NCBI GenBank assembly: GCA_000091205.1
Contig: AP006501.2
Length of the DNA: 64,000 nt
Strand: one strand, 5' to 3'
Source of the DNA: Cyanidioschyzon merolae
Lineage: Eukaryota
The first letter of the stretch is position 1. Each line of letters opens with the position of its first letter. The notes below the pieces were generated by a model. It was not told the DNA's origin and ran no database searches. It was given only the letters and a program-made list of their open reading frames with translations. Positions 46,312 to 57,162 of this stretch are shown here, piece by piece. The position numbers and the translations under genes are program-made.

Positions 46312-48168
46312 ATGTCCAGGGAAGAGCGCGATGGATCAGCGGGTTTCGTGGAGCATGCTGCGACAGCAGCGCGTTCCCCTGACCCACCGTACGTCGGCAG
46401 AGAGCCGCTGCCCAGTGCTGCAGAACGAACCAATGCGGACGGTGCGTGCGATGAATTCGTACTTCCGATATCTCCAGAGGTGCCTGGTGGCGACCCCGAG
46501 CAGCCGACGACTGGCTTGACACCGTCGGAGCCTAGTGCGTCGCTCTCGGAGAAGCGGGAACCCTCGGCGGACTTTGGCCCTCGAAAGGGTGAGTCGCGTC
46601 GGGACTATTTGCGGCGCGAGTTCCAACAGCTTCGCTCCTACATCGTCGTCACATCGGCATATCTCCTATTTTCCCTGACCGATGGGGGCATTCGAATGAT
46701 CGTGCTGCTGTACTCGATTTTCCTGGGATTCTCCGCATTCGCAACAGCGCTCATGTTCTCGGCATACGAACTTGCTGGGGTGTCGACGAATATCATTGCC
46801 GGCATGATCGGGTCGGCTTGGGGAATTCGAGCCCCGCTACTGATTGGACTCGGGTTCCAGCTCCTCGGACTGGTCATGCTTTTCGTGTGGCAGGCAGACA
46901 ACCAGCATCTGCTTGGGGTGCGAGGCGCGGTCTACGTTGCGGCCGCTCAGGTGCTGAGCGGTGCCGCCAAGGACATGGTGAAACTCTCCGGCAAGTCCAT
47001 ATCTCGGCTCGTGACCCCGGAATCGAAACAAACGCGCCTCTTTCGTCTGGTAGGGTTCATCACTGGCTTTAAGAATACGTTCAAAGGCCTCGGGTACATC
47101 ATGGGTGCATCGATCGTGTTTGTTTCCTACTATGCCGCACTTGGTGTGATGGTCGGGATCGTTCTCATCGTCGCTGTGATCGTTTGGTTCGGGCTGGACT
47201 GGGAGACTGGGCGTATACCGCACGACTATGTCTCGCTGAGGCGCATGCTCACTGTGAATCACAACGTTGGTTTTCTCTGTCTCGCGCGGATATTTCTCTT
47301 CGGTGTACGTGATCTGTGGCTCGAAGTTCCGATACTGTACTTCCTCCAGAACCAAAAGTATGGGTTCTCCTGGCCGGACTATGCCGTGGGTCTGTTTGTT
47401 GGCCTCTACACGGTACAGTACGGTCAGATACAGAGCTGGGCGCCGCAGTACTTGCTTCGGCCGCTCGGACAGATGCCGTCCAATCGTTATACGCTTCTGT
47501 TCTGGAACATACTTCTTTTGCCGGTGGTTGTCTTTATGGCTGCCTTTATTCAATGGTCCCCGACATTTGCCAATCATGATGTGAATGGCATGATTGGGTT
47601 CGTGATTGTGACGGTGTTCGCGTTCTCGTTCGTTTTCGCCGTGAATTCGTCAGCGCATAGTTACATGATCGTCAAGTACACGTCCGGCGACAAGGTCGCC
47701 ATGACAGTAGGTTTTTACTACATGACCAACGCTATTGGCCGCTTCATTGGTACCTTTTTCGGTGGACTGCTCTATACCTACGTCAGTTCCGACAAAGTCG
47801 AAAGTCTGGCTGCATGTTTCTGGACATCGGTCGGATTCATTCTGGCAGCTGAGGTCTTTACCTATTTCCTTCATGATAATGTTGGCGGATTCCGATGCGG
47901 CCCCTGTTTCGCGTACGCCGTGGATGCAGAAGACTCGGAGGTCAGTCGGAGCAAGGTTGATCTCATCGAGGGCAAACCCGCATCATCATTCTTGGATTCA
48001 GATACTCACATGAACAACAAGCTCGAGAAAGCCGAGCTCAGTCCAGCATATCAGGGCAACCAGTTCGCCGGCGTGCCGCGCACAGCGTACAGCACTGGCA
48101 GCGAAGAGACGCAAGCTGAAATACCAGGATCCCAGATCCGGAACGAACGTGACCGAAATGAGCGCTAG
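46312..48168 (+). CDS. Polytopic membrane transporter, MFS-like (about 12 TM)
   Basis: ATG at 46312; 618 aa. After a 100-aa hydrophilic N-terminus there are many hydrophobic helices: 'IVVTSAYLLFSLTDGGIRMIVLLYSIFLGFS', 'IIAGMIGSAWGIRAPLLIGLGFQLLGLVMLFVW', 'FVIVTVFAFSFVFAVNSSAHSYMIV', 'TNAIGRFIGTFFGGLLYTY'. The family was not pinned down. Confidence 0.5.
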   Translation: MSREERDGSAGFVEHAATAARSPDPPYVGREPLPSAAERTNADGACDEFVLPISPEVPGGDPEQPTTGLTPSEPSASLSEKREPSADFGPRKGESRRDYLRREFQQLRSYIVVTSAYLLFSLTDGGIRMIVLLYSIFLGFSAFATALMFSAYELAGVSTNIIAGMIGSAWGIRAPLLIGLGFQLLGLVMLFVWQADNQHLLGVRGAVYVAAAQVLSGAAKDMVKLSGKSISRLVTPESKQTRLFRLVGFITGFKNTFKGLGYIMGASIVFVSYYAALGVMVGIVLIVAVIVWFGLDWETGRIPHDYVSLRRMLTVNHNVGFLCLARIFLFGVRDLWLEVPILYFLQNQKYGFSWPDYAVGLFVGLYTVQYGQIQSWAPQYLLRPLGQMPSNRYTLLFWNILLLPVVVFMAAFIQWSPTFANHDVNGMIGFVIVTVFAFSFVFAVNSSAHSYMIVKYTSGDKVAMTVGFYYMTNAIGRFIGTFFGGLLYTYVSSDKVESLAACFWTSVGFILAAEVFTYFLHDNVGGFRCGPCFAYAVDAEDSEVSRSKVDLIEGKPASSFLDSDTHMNNKLEKAELSPAYQGNQFAGVPRTAYSTGSEETQAEIPGSQIRNERDRNER

Positions 48169-48299
48169 CACTAGCGTTTGTGGGTCTGCGTGTGCTGTTT
48201 TCGCAGAGTGATCGAAAATGCTTCCTCAACGCAAAATTTGGTTTAAGGAAATGGTCCATCCGACAATCACATCCAGCGAGATTGTAAAGTTACGACCCA

Positions 48300-49103
48300 T
48301 CAGTATCGACGCTGATGCATCGACGTGATCTTCTCCATGAAGAGCCGTTGTCGCTCGCGTACGCTCAGCTTGCTCACGAGCTCAGGCGAGGCCAACGGAT
48401 CGTTGCCTCGGGACCGACCACCGTGAGGGCTCGCTCCGCTGCTCTCCCGACGCATCTGGCTCGAAGCGTCCGCTGCCTGCACATCCGACACACTCGCCGC
48501 TTCAAGACGATCGCAAAGCTCCTGCAACTTGCTCTCCGCGTATTCGCGACGCTGCATCTCGAGAGTCAGGGCCTCGGTCATCTCCTGGCGAAAGCGCTCA
48601 AAACGTTCCCGCAGTGTGTCGAGTTCGGTCTCAAGGTCGGCACATCGGTAGCGCCAATATTGTTCTCCGGTGCCCGCCGGGTGCTCTGGAGCTGAGCGCG
48701 CTTTCGCAGATAAGTTGATCGGCTGCTTCCATAGGGTTGCGGGATCAGCGCCCTCTTCGGAGACTGCGCTCGCGTCGGCCGCTCCAGTCGTGGACACGTT
48801 TTCCAAGTTGCCGTCAAGGCGCTTCGTGTTCGGCTCCTCCTCCGCCGCCGCTGTGATGTTCAGTTCCCGCAAGGCTTGCTCCAGCTCAGCTTGCCCGAGT
48901 TCTCGGCAGTAGTTCTTGGGCAGCCAGCCCTGTGCACCATCGCGCAAACGTTTCCCATGCACCCATTTTGAGTCTGAGACCGTTTCCCCGACTGCAAGGA
49001 TATCACCTCGTTCCAGTTTCAGTTGCCCTTTACCTTCCTTACCAGCAGGAGGGTTATAAGGATACCTGCACTTGACCAAACGCTGCATGATCTTTTCTTT
49101 CAC
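48300..49103 (-). CDS. SH3-domain protein with C-terminal coiled coil
   Basis: N-terminal SH3: 'LVKCRYPYNPPAGKEGKGQLKLERGDILAVGETVSDSKWVHGKRLRDGAQGWLPKNYCREL'. The first ATG is at 49088; the track start is GTG. The C-terminus is a heptad-like E/L/R-rich helix. Confidence 0.6.
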   Translation of the reverse strand: MKEKIMQRLVKCRYPYNPPAGKEGKGQLKLERGDILAVGETVSDSKWVHGKRLRDGAQGWLPKNYCRELGQAELEQALRELNITAAAEEEPNTKRLDGNLENVSTTGAADASAVSEEGADPATLWKQPINLSAKARSAPEHPAGTGEQYWRYRCADLETELDTLRERFERFRQEMTEALTLEMQRREYAESKLQELCDRLEAASVSDVQAADASSQMRRESSGASPHGGRSRGNDPLASPELVSKLSVRERQRLFMEKITSMHQRRY

Positions 49104-49964
49104 AAGAACGGAAGCGCAGCGCGATCAGACGGTACCGAGAGCGCCCGTGGCTATCGCGCTCGTCGGGGTGCAGAGAAAACCGCGGCGAGGCGCGCGGATC
49201 GGCGATTTGAATTTCCTGTGGATGGTGTCGTATGGATGCATGGGAGAAGGTGTCCACGAATTCCGCCATTGTTGTTGGCAACCGGGACAGCAGCCACCAC
49301 TTCAATCCAATATTGTCGAATGCCAGTAGTTAGAAGCGGGATTGGCTTTCAGAGACCATGATTCATTCATGTGAGGCTTCGGATTCTAAGCGTACCGTTC
49401 GTGGTCTTTGCGATTGGCTCACGCGAACGTCGCGCTGTTGTGCTGAAGCGGCCCGATATCACTCGGTTGTGCAGTTTCCGATCTTTCGATATACCTGCGT
49501 CAGATGAAAATGGGAATGAGAATCATAAGATCTGCTCGCACTTCTCGGTTTTACGGACTATTTATTCGATTTGTAGTTTTAGTGGTATAAGTGCAGCAGT
49601 GAGGGTTTGTGGACTCAGAGGTAGTTTTTCGGATTCTTTGTCGTGTTTTTCAGAGTGAATTGCTCGGCGCGTTGCGCTTGAATTCATTACGTCATTATCC
49701 GTACGATCATTCGGGACGCGGTCGAACGCGGTCTTATGAAACAAGAGATTAGAGTATCCAGTGTTTGGGTAGAAGCCTCCACGCTTCTCCGCATCCTTGC
49801 GTGTCGCTTGACCGGCTCCTGCGTTCTTCAAGTTTTCGATCACTCTGTGCCAAGACAACTGGCGGGTGCAGCAATTTGCGCCGTTCGACTGATAAGTGAA
49901 AATATGGCCGGGAACACGATAAACATTTCACGACAATGTAGGGAAAATTAGTGTCCATTCGCAG

Positions 49965-51250
49965 ATATCTTGCAGCTTTTTGCTGGCCGGCCATCAGCAA
50001 CCGGTTTCAGTGTAGCCAGACATGCTTCGAGCCTGAGAGGCTGCCCCATAAAGTTAGATAGCCTCAGCTCCGCGGGTCTCGTCCTGGGCACCGCGCATCC
50101 CCTGATATCGATGGTGGCAAGGAAGTCACGGTTCACGAACTCCATGCAGGCACTGCCGCTGGTTGAACGCACCTCTGCAAGGAGTCCCCGAACTCGTATC
50201 TTCTGTGCCACTACAATCTCGTCATCGTGCTGTCGGGCAAACACATTTTTTGTCATCTATAGCTTCTCTTCTTTTCCTGTTTTGCTGCTTGCGCCTCTTC
50301 GCTCAATGGTTGGCGAGAAGGGAATTTTTATTGGCTTTTTTTTGTCGAACCCGGCGATGACGGCCCTCCAGGATCCTCGACTTGCATGTCCATACCTCTC
50401 ACATGGATTTGTTATCTTTGATAATGAACGCAATTCTTTGTGCCCTTAGGTGAGAACCTTCTCTGAGGGTGAAGGACCTGCGGTGGAAAGTCGACATTTA
50501 CCCTGGTGTCACTGTGTGCTGAACGCTTCAGCGATTCGCCAAACGGTGCGGTCATTACGTTTCAGGATGGAAAACACTCCTTCGACAGGGATGAACTTTC
50601 GTGAGCACGGAGATATGATAAACAGATCTGTCACGATAGAATCGCCAAGAGCTCGAACGCAAAGGTAAGAGCAATCGTTCCGTTGTTCAATAGAAGGACG
50701 GCGCCGGACGTCAGCGAAAAGTCTTCGATGATTCGACAAAGTGGCTGGTGCTGTTTTACGAGCCCCCTCTGCACGAACGAACCTGTGGCCGCGAACTGAA
50801 TCCACTGCAGCTAGAACAGATGATGATATCCTCATTCTCGTTCAGTTCGATAGCACATACAACGGGCTCTCTCTAAGTACATACCCATGGACGCCCCCAC
50901 CGTTTCGTCCGAAACAAGTCTTATTGACCGAAAGAACGGACCGACGTTCCTGTACTTTATATCGATCGCTGGGTTTCAGGAATACTGCAGTAGCTGCACT
51001 TTCGGAGGACGAAGGCCGTGCGTGAACTCGGGCTCTTCTTTGGCAACAGTATCCCAGTGTTTTCAGGATCACCGGAACAAGCTGTTGAGGAACAGAGACC
51101 CCTGTGGCACCTACTGTATTTGCTTTTGCATCCCTTAAGGCGGCAAACGGGTCGTATGCTATCATGTACCTCAACCATTCTTCGAGAACATCAGTTTTTA
51201 TTATGGAGCGCATCTCCTTCTGTCTATCCCAGTGTTCCTCAACCATCTGA
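49965..51250 (-). mobile_element. Mariner-like element, copy 3, degenerate; transposase on the minus strand
   Basis: Minus-strand ORFs: 'MVEEHWDRQKEMRSIIKTDVLEEWLRYM...ATGVSVPQQLVPVILKTLGY' (N-terminus plus HTH), '...RISSSVLAAVDSVRGHRFVRAEG' (DDE-N), and C-terminal 'IVVAQKIRVRGLLAEV...SACMEFVNRDFLATI' (compare mariner 'TARAVRDTLE...SPDLAPSDYHLFAS'). Nucleotide homology to copy 2 runs at about 75% over more than 1 kb. It lies directly upstream of Rpn6. Confidence 0.6.
50509..51246 (-). pseudogene. Frameshifted mariner-like transposase (N-terminal HTH plus DDE-N part)
   Basis: ORFs 51246-50842 and 50835-50509 are on different frames. They align at protein level with the copy 2 fragments (for example GVSV..QL...V.KTLGY and SFGRN...V.GY). 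Confidence 0.55.
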
Positions 51251-51574
51251 ATACTGTTGTCTGACTGGCCTGAGGGAAAAGGGCAGTCCTCCTTTACTAT
51301 CTCGTTGCGAATATATATCCTACAGAAAATTCATTTACGATCTGTTCGGTACATTGCGTCGCGGTGTCGATCCCATGCCATACACTGCGAAAAAGCATCC
51401 GATGACACACAGCGGACATGGAACCGAATTCAGCTTGGAAGACAATACATCGATCAGGTGTCGCTCGTTTCAGCTGTGAACCGTGCGCGTCAACGGCGCT
51501 CTTGTTCGAGCAACAGCATACGTAGGAGCGAGCCTTGGACAAGGCTTCAGCGTTTCGGCTCGTTTTCACAGTAC

Positions 51575-52834
51575 ATGGACTCAGATCGCGTGGCAGAAGC
51601 TAAAGCACTTGAGGCGGCTCACGAATATGAGGCCGAGGCCTTGTACCGCTCCATCATCACGGAGCCTCTGCCTGAGAACGGGGCGGAAATCGCACAAAAA
51701 GAGAAAGAGTCAGCAATTGTGGCGCTGATCGAACTGCTTGGTCACAGGAACCGCATAGCAGACCTGGCAGAGTTGGCGCGCTGGTTGCGCCCCTATTTTG
51801 ATGCAGTTCCGAAAGCAAAGACTGCGAAGATCGTACGTACGCTCATTGAAACGCTCAGCCGCTGTCCAGGTTCTGGTGAGGTCTTGTTGGCGCTCTGTCA
51901 CGAGGTTGTGCAGTGGTGCCGCGACGAAAAGCGCACGTTTCTTCGTCAACGTGTGGAAACGCGATTGGCTTCCCTCTACCTGGAACGCAAGCAGTACCCC
52001 GAGGCGTTGGCGCTGATCACGAGTTTGCTTCACGAAGTGCGGCGCATGGACGACAGAGGTCTATTGCTGGAAGTGCAACTGTTGGAAACGCGACTTCATC
52101 ACGCGTTGCGGAACATTTCAAAGGCACGAGCAGCGCTAACAGGCGCACGAGCTACCGCCAACGCCATCTATGTGCCGCCAGCGTTGCAAGGAGAGATTGA
52201 TCTCTGGGCAGGTATAATCTATGCAGAAGAACGCGACTACAAGACTGCTTTCTCCTACTTTTACGAATCCTTTGAAGTCTTCGCATCAATCGATGACTCG
52301 CGCGCTCTCGACAGTCTCAAGTACCTTCTTCTCTGCAAGGTCATGACGCAGCAGACCGGTGAGATTGCCGCGCTCCTGCAGGGCCGAGTTGCGCTTCGCT
52401 ATCAAGGTCGAGAGCTCGATGCAATGCGGGAACTAGCCGCCGCCTGCGAGAAGCGCTCGGTACAGGACCTTGAACAAGTGCTCCGCACCAATCAGCAGTT
52501 TCTAACCGAGGATCCGATTATTAGGAACCATCTGGATGAGCTCTATCAGAAACTACTGGAGCGCAACATCCTGCGAATCATCGAACCGTATCATCGTGTC
52601 GATTTAGCCCATATCGCACGCAAGCTTGCAATGCCACTTCCGCAGATCGAGGCGAAATGCTCGCAAATGATTCTCGATGGGAAACTGAACGGCATCATCG
52701 ATCAGGGTGCGGGCTGTCTGATCGTCCACGAATCGACGCAGACCGATGCGCTGTGCCAGGACGCAAATCGTTTGATCAAGAACCTTGATGAAGCGGTATC
52801 GAATCTTTTCATGTTGGCTGCGCGTTTGCGGTAA
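51575..52834 (+). CDS. RPN6: 26S proteasome lid subunit Rpn6 (PSMD11), PCI domain
   Basis: 'AIYVPPALQGEIDLWAGIIYAEERDYKTAFSYFYESFE...LKYLLLCKVM...ALRYQGRELDAMRELAAACEKRS...ILRIIEPYHRVDLAHIARKLAMPLPQIEAKCSQMILDGKLNGIIDQGAGCLIVHE' follows the Rpn6 / human PSMD11 sequence closely from memory. ATG verified at 51575 (MDSDRVAEAK...), giving about 419 aa. The upstream in-frame ORF from 51257 is treated as non-coding. Confidence 0.85.
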   Translation: MDSDRVAEAKALEAAHEYEAEALYRSIITEPLPENGAEIAQKEKESAIVALIELLGHRNRIADLAELARWLRPYFDAVPKAKTAKIVRTLIETLSRCPGSGEVLLALCHEVVQWCRDEKRTFLRQRVETRLASLYLERKQYPEALALITSLLHEVRRMDDRGLLLEVQLLETRLHHALRNISKARAALTGARATANAIYVPPALQGEIDLWAGIIYAEERDYKTAFSYFYESFEVFASIDDSRALDSLKYLLLCKVMTQQTGEIAALLQGRVALRYQGRELDAMRELAAACEKRSVQDLEQVLRTNQQFLTEDPIIRNHLDELYQKLLERNILRIIEPYHRVDLAHIARKLAMPLPQIEAKCSQMILDGKLNGIIDQGAGCLIVHESTQTDALCQDANRLIKNLDEAVSNLFMLAARLR

Positions 52835-52854
52835 ACGAAGGCCTCTCTGGCTCC

Positions 52855-52882
52855 TGTGTGTGTGTATGTGTGTGTGTGTGTC
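52855..52882. repeat. (GT)n microsatellite
   Basis: tgtgtgtgtgtatgtgtgtgtgtgtgtc. Confidence 0.9.
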
Positions 52883-54364
52883 TATCGATCACTCGGTCGG
52901 CCGCTCGTTGCCTGCGGCATCGGGTATATGCGGGTTGCCGCGCCTACATCGCATCGATCAGGGGCGGCGTTCCTGTGCTTCGTTCACATCTGCGCTCTGC
53001 AAGCTATGCGGATGCTGCTGGTCGCTTCGCCTGGTCGAGGCAGTGGAACAGGTCTCAGTCCATGGGGCGTGCAAGTTCGCGCGCATGCTTGTGGGGCGTT
53101 CGTCCACGCATGCGGCACCCTGGCGAACACGCTGGTGCACGATGCCGACACTCGTCAATCTCCTCGTAACCATAGCAGATAATGTGAATCGCGTGTAATG
53201 ATATCGTTCTTTAGGCGGCATGTGACACGAGTTTATGAACTTTGGTCTCGCAAGAATTTGGTTCAGCGAGGACGCTGCGTTTCTAGAGGCACAGCCCTGG
53301 CTCATGATGAAATAGCAATGGTGATGCGAGGTGCGCTTTCCCGCGAAGCTGTCTCTCTCCACCCAAGCGAGTTGATGAACGCCACCTAACAAAAAGATCG
53401 GTATCATGCGATGACCGGGAGCACGACCTCTCTCGCTATCCGAATCGAAAGCAGCTGCCTCTGGTGATGGCTGGAAAGCTTTTCCTTTCGAGAGAGCTCC
53501 AAGGCACGCAGCTCTACAGGCAATTCCTGCTGATGCGGTAACGTCGGTCGCGCATGTCCTTTCGAGGGGATTCCTGAGAATCGCGCGACAAGCCCAGCTC
53601 AATGATTGGACCTGCTCCAAGGTCGCTGCGGTTGCTCCGGCTACTTCAGCGTCGCACCCAGGTTCCAATTGCTCGAGTCGCATCTGTCAGGGCCATGAAC
53701 ATCGGCGACGGCAACCGCAAGAACAATAAGACATCCAAACCCGAGGTCACCAGTTTCTGAGCATTGGACTCGCCTGTGCGTCGGTGGGCAACGAAACCGA
53801 TGCCTCGACAGGCGCTTCGGGGCAGTCATTCTCGCGATGCGCTCCATAAGAAGAGCGCTCATCTGTGATATGAAGCGTCCATTCGAAAGGTAGTGCGTAC
53901 ACCAGTCGACTAGCTGGGTCGTCTCGAGCGCTTCATAGCTGCTGTGGCTTGTGGCGATGGACGGCTGGCCGGAACGGCCTCTCGCGAACCTCATTTCACT
54001 CTGGTGACTGCCCAGAGTCAGCGATAGGCGCGAATAAGCACGTTCGCCTGCCATACGTATGCATCCTAGATGTCTCGGTCCGTTTCTATGTATCCGTTCA
54101 TGAGCAAAGCAGGTATGCGATCGCCAATATCACCTTCTGGATCTGCTCACGCCGATTCCGTGTACATCTCGATCAGTTCCTCCCATCAACGCTGCTGCTA
54201 TCGTCTTCGTCGTTCCGGTTCGAGGCTCGCGAATGGCAACACATCTGCGGACGCTCACAGCACCATTCGCAAGTACGCATCGGCAAAGCGACCAGCGCCC
54301 AATGCTCAGACGACGGCGATGTGCGTTCCGTTCAAACCGCATGGAGCGTCGTTGCCAATATGAA

Positions 54365-55303
54365 TTAAAGGCTTTGCTTGTGCTCGCCAGCCTGCAGATC
54401 CTGCCACCAGCGTGTAGCCAGTTCCGCTAGATCACCAACCATGACCGTACCGCAGCCTCCCCAGAGCAGGCGATCGAGCACACCGTCCGTCACGCGCCGT
54501 CCACGCTGGAACCCTAAACGCTCAAAATATCGAACAAGTTTCTGGTGACGATGGAAGCCGTCGTCTATAGCCAAGAAGTAGCAGTGCGGTGCGCCCTTTC
54601 GCAACGCCTCACAAGCTGCAGCTACAGCCAGCAACTTCGATGTGACTCGCGGTGTGTTCGTCGGGCGCTCGCTCACAAGCTCAATGCGCTCTACCTGCGT
54701 CCGACGAAGCAGGGGCGCCAGACAGAGTGCGCTGACGTAGCCCGCGAGTACCCAGTTCTCGCAGTCTGGGGCAACGTCAGTGCGCCGACGCTGCGCTGGA
54801 GCAGTTGCTGCCGTCGTCGCTGCAGTGACTTGGCCCCGGGTCGACTGCGAGGAACGTCCAGCACGCTCTGTGCTAGCAGCGACCCTGACATATGCCTCGA
54901 TGCGAAGCAATGGCCCCAGACTGCGGTTCAGCAGCCGAACCCCTCGCTGAAGCGCGTGTGCAGTAACGGTACTCAAGGTCAGCGGGGTAGCGGGGTCGCC
55001 ACCCCGACCAGTTGCATAGACCGCTGCGCAACGACTTGGGCGCGAGAAGCGTTTCGGTGGGGAGCTTCCGGTGTGTTCACGAGGAAACGACCACGCACGG
55101 CAAGCGCAGGGCACAAAGTTCATAACCAACGGGAGCTTCAAGTTACCCAACGCCAATGGCTTGGTGTCTTTGGGTCTTTCACCCGTCTCCGCGTTGCAGA
55201 GCCCGTTCTGCTTTGGCTTGCGCCTGGCGCCCGCCAAAGCGGTGCCGTCTACCGCCGTGTCGCCCCGAGACCCTCGAAGCGTGCTCCGAACCGCCAGAGT
55301 CAC
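54365..55303 (-). CDS. Hypothetical protein (possible acyl-CoA N-acyltransferase-like C-terminus); weak call
   Basis: 312-aa ORF. The C-terminal 'HCYFLAIDDGFHRHQKLVRYFERLGFQRG' is only reminiscent of GNAT motif A. A same-size ORF overlaps on the opposite strand, so strand choice is uncertain. Confidence 0.25.
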   Translation of the reverse strand: MTLAVRSTLRGSRGDTAVDGTALAGARRKPKQNGLCNAETGERPKDTKPLALGNLKLPLVMNFVPCACRAWSFPREHTGSSPPKRFSRPSRCAAVYATGRGGDPATPLTLSTVTAHALQRGVRLLNRSLGPLLRIEAYVRVAASTERAGRSSQSTRGQVTAATTAATAPAQRRRTDVAPDCENWVLAGYVSALCLAPLLRRTQVERIELVSERPTNTPRVTSKLLAVAAACEALRKGAPHCYFLAIDDGFHRHQKLVRYFERLGFQRGRRVTDGVLDRLLWGGCGTVMVGDLAELATRWWQDLQAGEHKQSL

Positions 55304-55419
55304 CAGGACCGAGGGAGCAGGGTCAAACGCGAACGAGTGCTGACCTGCCGCTGTCTAACGAGAGCTCTCCAACGGGCGAAGCGGAAGCTTCGGATGGCAA
55401 CGGACACGAGCTCTCGTTT

Positions 55420-55797
55420 ATGCGGAGCACGGGAGTAGACGACCTTGACGCTCGTTTGATTGCCGAAGACCCGTCATTTGCTGAGCTTGAGAAAGCAGCA
55501 CGGGCCTGGATTGGCGATTCACTCGATCGGTGGCTGTGGTGGGAACGCCAAAAGGCCCGGCGATATCGTTTGCTTCAGCAGATAAAGCAGCAGGAAGAAC
55601 TTGTGGCCGTAGAGTTGGCGGAGCTGGAGCAATCACTGGGTGAACTGCAGTCTCTAACTGGTCTGCGCTTTCTCAGCGAAGACGGGAAGATATCAGGCCT
55701 GGGCTGGGTATTAATCGCGATGATTCTCCTGATTCCATGTGGGTTGATCTTCGTTTCGATTCACTTGGTTCAGCAGGCTTTATCAAATCAGGTGTAA
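55420..55797 (+). CDS. Small tail-anchored coiled-coil protein (hypothetical)
   Basis: ATG at 55420. Has the coiled-coil segment 'ELVAVELAELEQSLGELQSL' and a C-terminal TM anchor 'GWVLIAMILLIPCGLIFVSIHLV', followed by a short tail. Confidence 0.3.
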   Translation: MRSTGVDDLDARLIAEDPSFAELEKAARAWIGDSLDRWLWWERQKARRYRLLQQIKQQEELVAVELAELEQSLGELQSLTGLRFLSEDGKISGLGWVLIAMILLIPCGLIFVSIHLVQQALSNQV

Positions 55798-55810
55798 TCG
55801 ATGCGCCATT

Positions 55811-55833
55811 CAAACACACACACACACACACAC
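55811..55833. repeat. (CA)n microsatellite
   Basis: caaacacacacacacacacacac. Confidence 0.9.
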
Positions 55834-56397
55834 TATAACTCGAGCGATGTAGGGATGCATGGTTACTGACGCTTGGAGGGGGTGCGAGCATCAGCGCCCC
55901 GCTTGCACCGCTGCTCGACGCAAGCCCGTGAGGTTGTGAAGCGTCGCAACCGGCAAATAAGAGTGCAATCATGGGTTCGCTTTGGTCGCTTCGAGATCCT
56001 CAAAACAAATCCTTTCATTCCTTTCTGATCGGGTATAGCATACAGGTACAGGGACGCGACACCTCCAGACGCTGCGTCTTGGTGTAGGACTCTAAGCCGG
56101 AGGCCTGATACCGGCCCCCGGGGAAGTCGTCGATGCTAAGCACCGAGGCTCCGGAAAGCGAACTGTCCTCGCTCGCTTTTCGAAGCATGTTCGCAGCAGG
56201 AGCAGATTCCAGAACGTCTTCGTCGATCAAAGCGTTGCGAACGGACAACACAGTGCCTTGAGCCCGCCTCAACGCTATCGGCAAAACTGCGCGACATTCG
56301 ACAATGCTTCAGACTCGGAACATCCGGGGCACGTTATTCGCTCGCTGCCATAGCGTACGCAAGAACATCCAGCCTGGGGGATTACTGCAGGCCTACA

Positions 56398-57162
56398 TCA
56401 CGGGCTCAACGCAAGCTCAAGTGGTTCCAGCTCGGTGTCGTCAGGAACTTCCCATCGGATATCCTTGATCCAGACGCGTGTGTACGGTTGACGGTGACCA
56501 AGCAAGCGTTCGTGGCCCTTTCGGCGTTTCTTTTGATAGATGTAGATCTTTTGGGAAAGCGACTGCTCTTCGATGACAGCGATGACTTCGGCACCGGGCA
56601 CCTGTGGCCGCCCCAGCACCGACCAATCGACGGACCCGAGGGCCAGCACCGTCGAGAATCGAACCTCCTCAGAAACTTGACCGCGTATGCGAGCCAAATA
56701 CACAATATCTCCAACTGTGACCTTGTACTGCTTTGGTCCATGAGCTATAACTGCGAAGCAGCCTTCACCTCGCCCATCAATGAGCGGATCGCGCTTCGCA
56801 GGAGTGCTCGTTGAAGCAGTTGCCCCAGGGGGGTGTCGGGCGAAAATCGCTGGCAGCGCGTTTTCGTTCATCCCAGCCACTTGTCGTTTAATTGTATAAT
56901 AGGAGAAGCCTAGCGGCTTGGTCAGTTCGTTATACAGTATGCTTTTTCGGGGAGCTTGCGCGTCTCCCGAAACCGTGTCGGGTGCTTTCATCGCTAGCGC
57001 ACGCGAAGCGCTCGCGATGCTAGCGCGCTGCAGTGGCGACGCGCGCCTCAAAACATGAATCACTCGTTCCAGCACTCTCATGATATTAACATTGTCCAAG
57101 AACTGAACAGGTGCTTGTTGTACACGTCTGAACTGCTGTTTCTTTAAGGCAGTTTCTGACAC
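56398..57162 (-). CDS. MRPL21: Mitochondrial ribosomal protein bL21m
   Basis: bL21 core: 'FAVIAHGPKQYKVTVGDIVYLARIRG...VLALGSVDWSVLGRPQVPGAEVIAVIEEQSLSQKIYIYQKKRRKGHERLLGHRQPYTRVWIKDI'. The first ATG is 57081 ('MRVLERVIHVLRRASPLQRAS...'), an Arg-rich mitochondrial-type presequence. The track start is GTG. Confidence 0.75.
   Translation of the reverse strand: MSETALKKQQFRRVQQAPVQFLDNVNIMRVLERVIHVLRRASPLQRASIASASRALAMKAPDTVSGDAQAPRKSILYNELTKPLGFSYYTIKRQVAGMNENALPAIFARHPPGATASTSTPAKRDPLIDGRGEGCFAVIAHGPKQYKVTVGDIVYLARIRGQVSEEVRFSTVLALGSVDWSVLGRPQVPGAEVIAVIEEQSLSQKIYIYQKKRRKGHERLLGHRQPYTRVWIKDIRWEVPDDTELEPLELALSP

Noticed and set aside
51257-51574. N-terminal 106 codons of the track ORF that contains Rpn6 (MSDWPEGKG...).
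   Set aside because: This stretch overlaps the 5' end of mariner copy 3 and has no similarity to Rpn6. Conserved Rpn6 sequence begins right after the verified ATG at 51575 and gives the expected length of about 420 aa, so the extension is an ORF-finder artefact.
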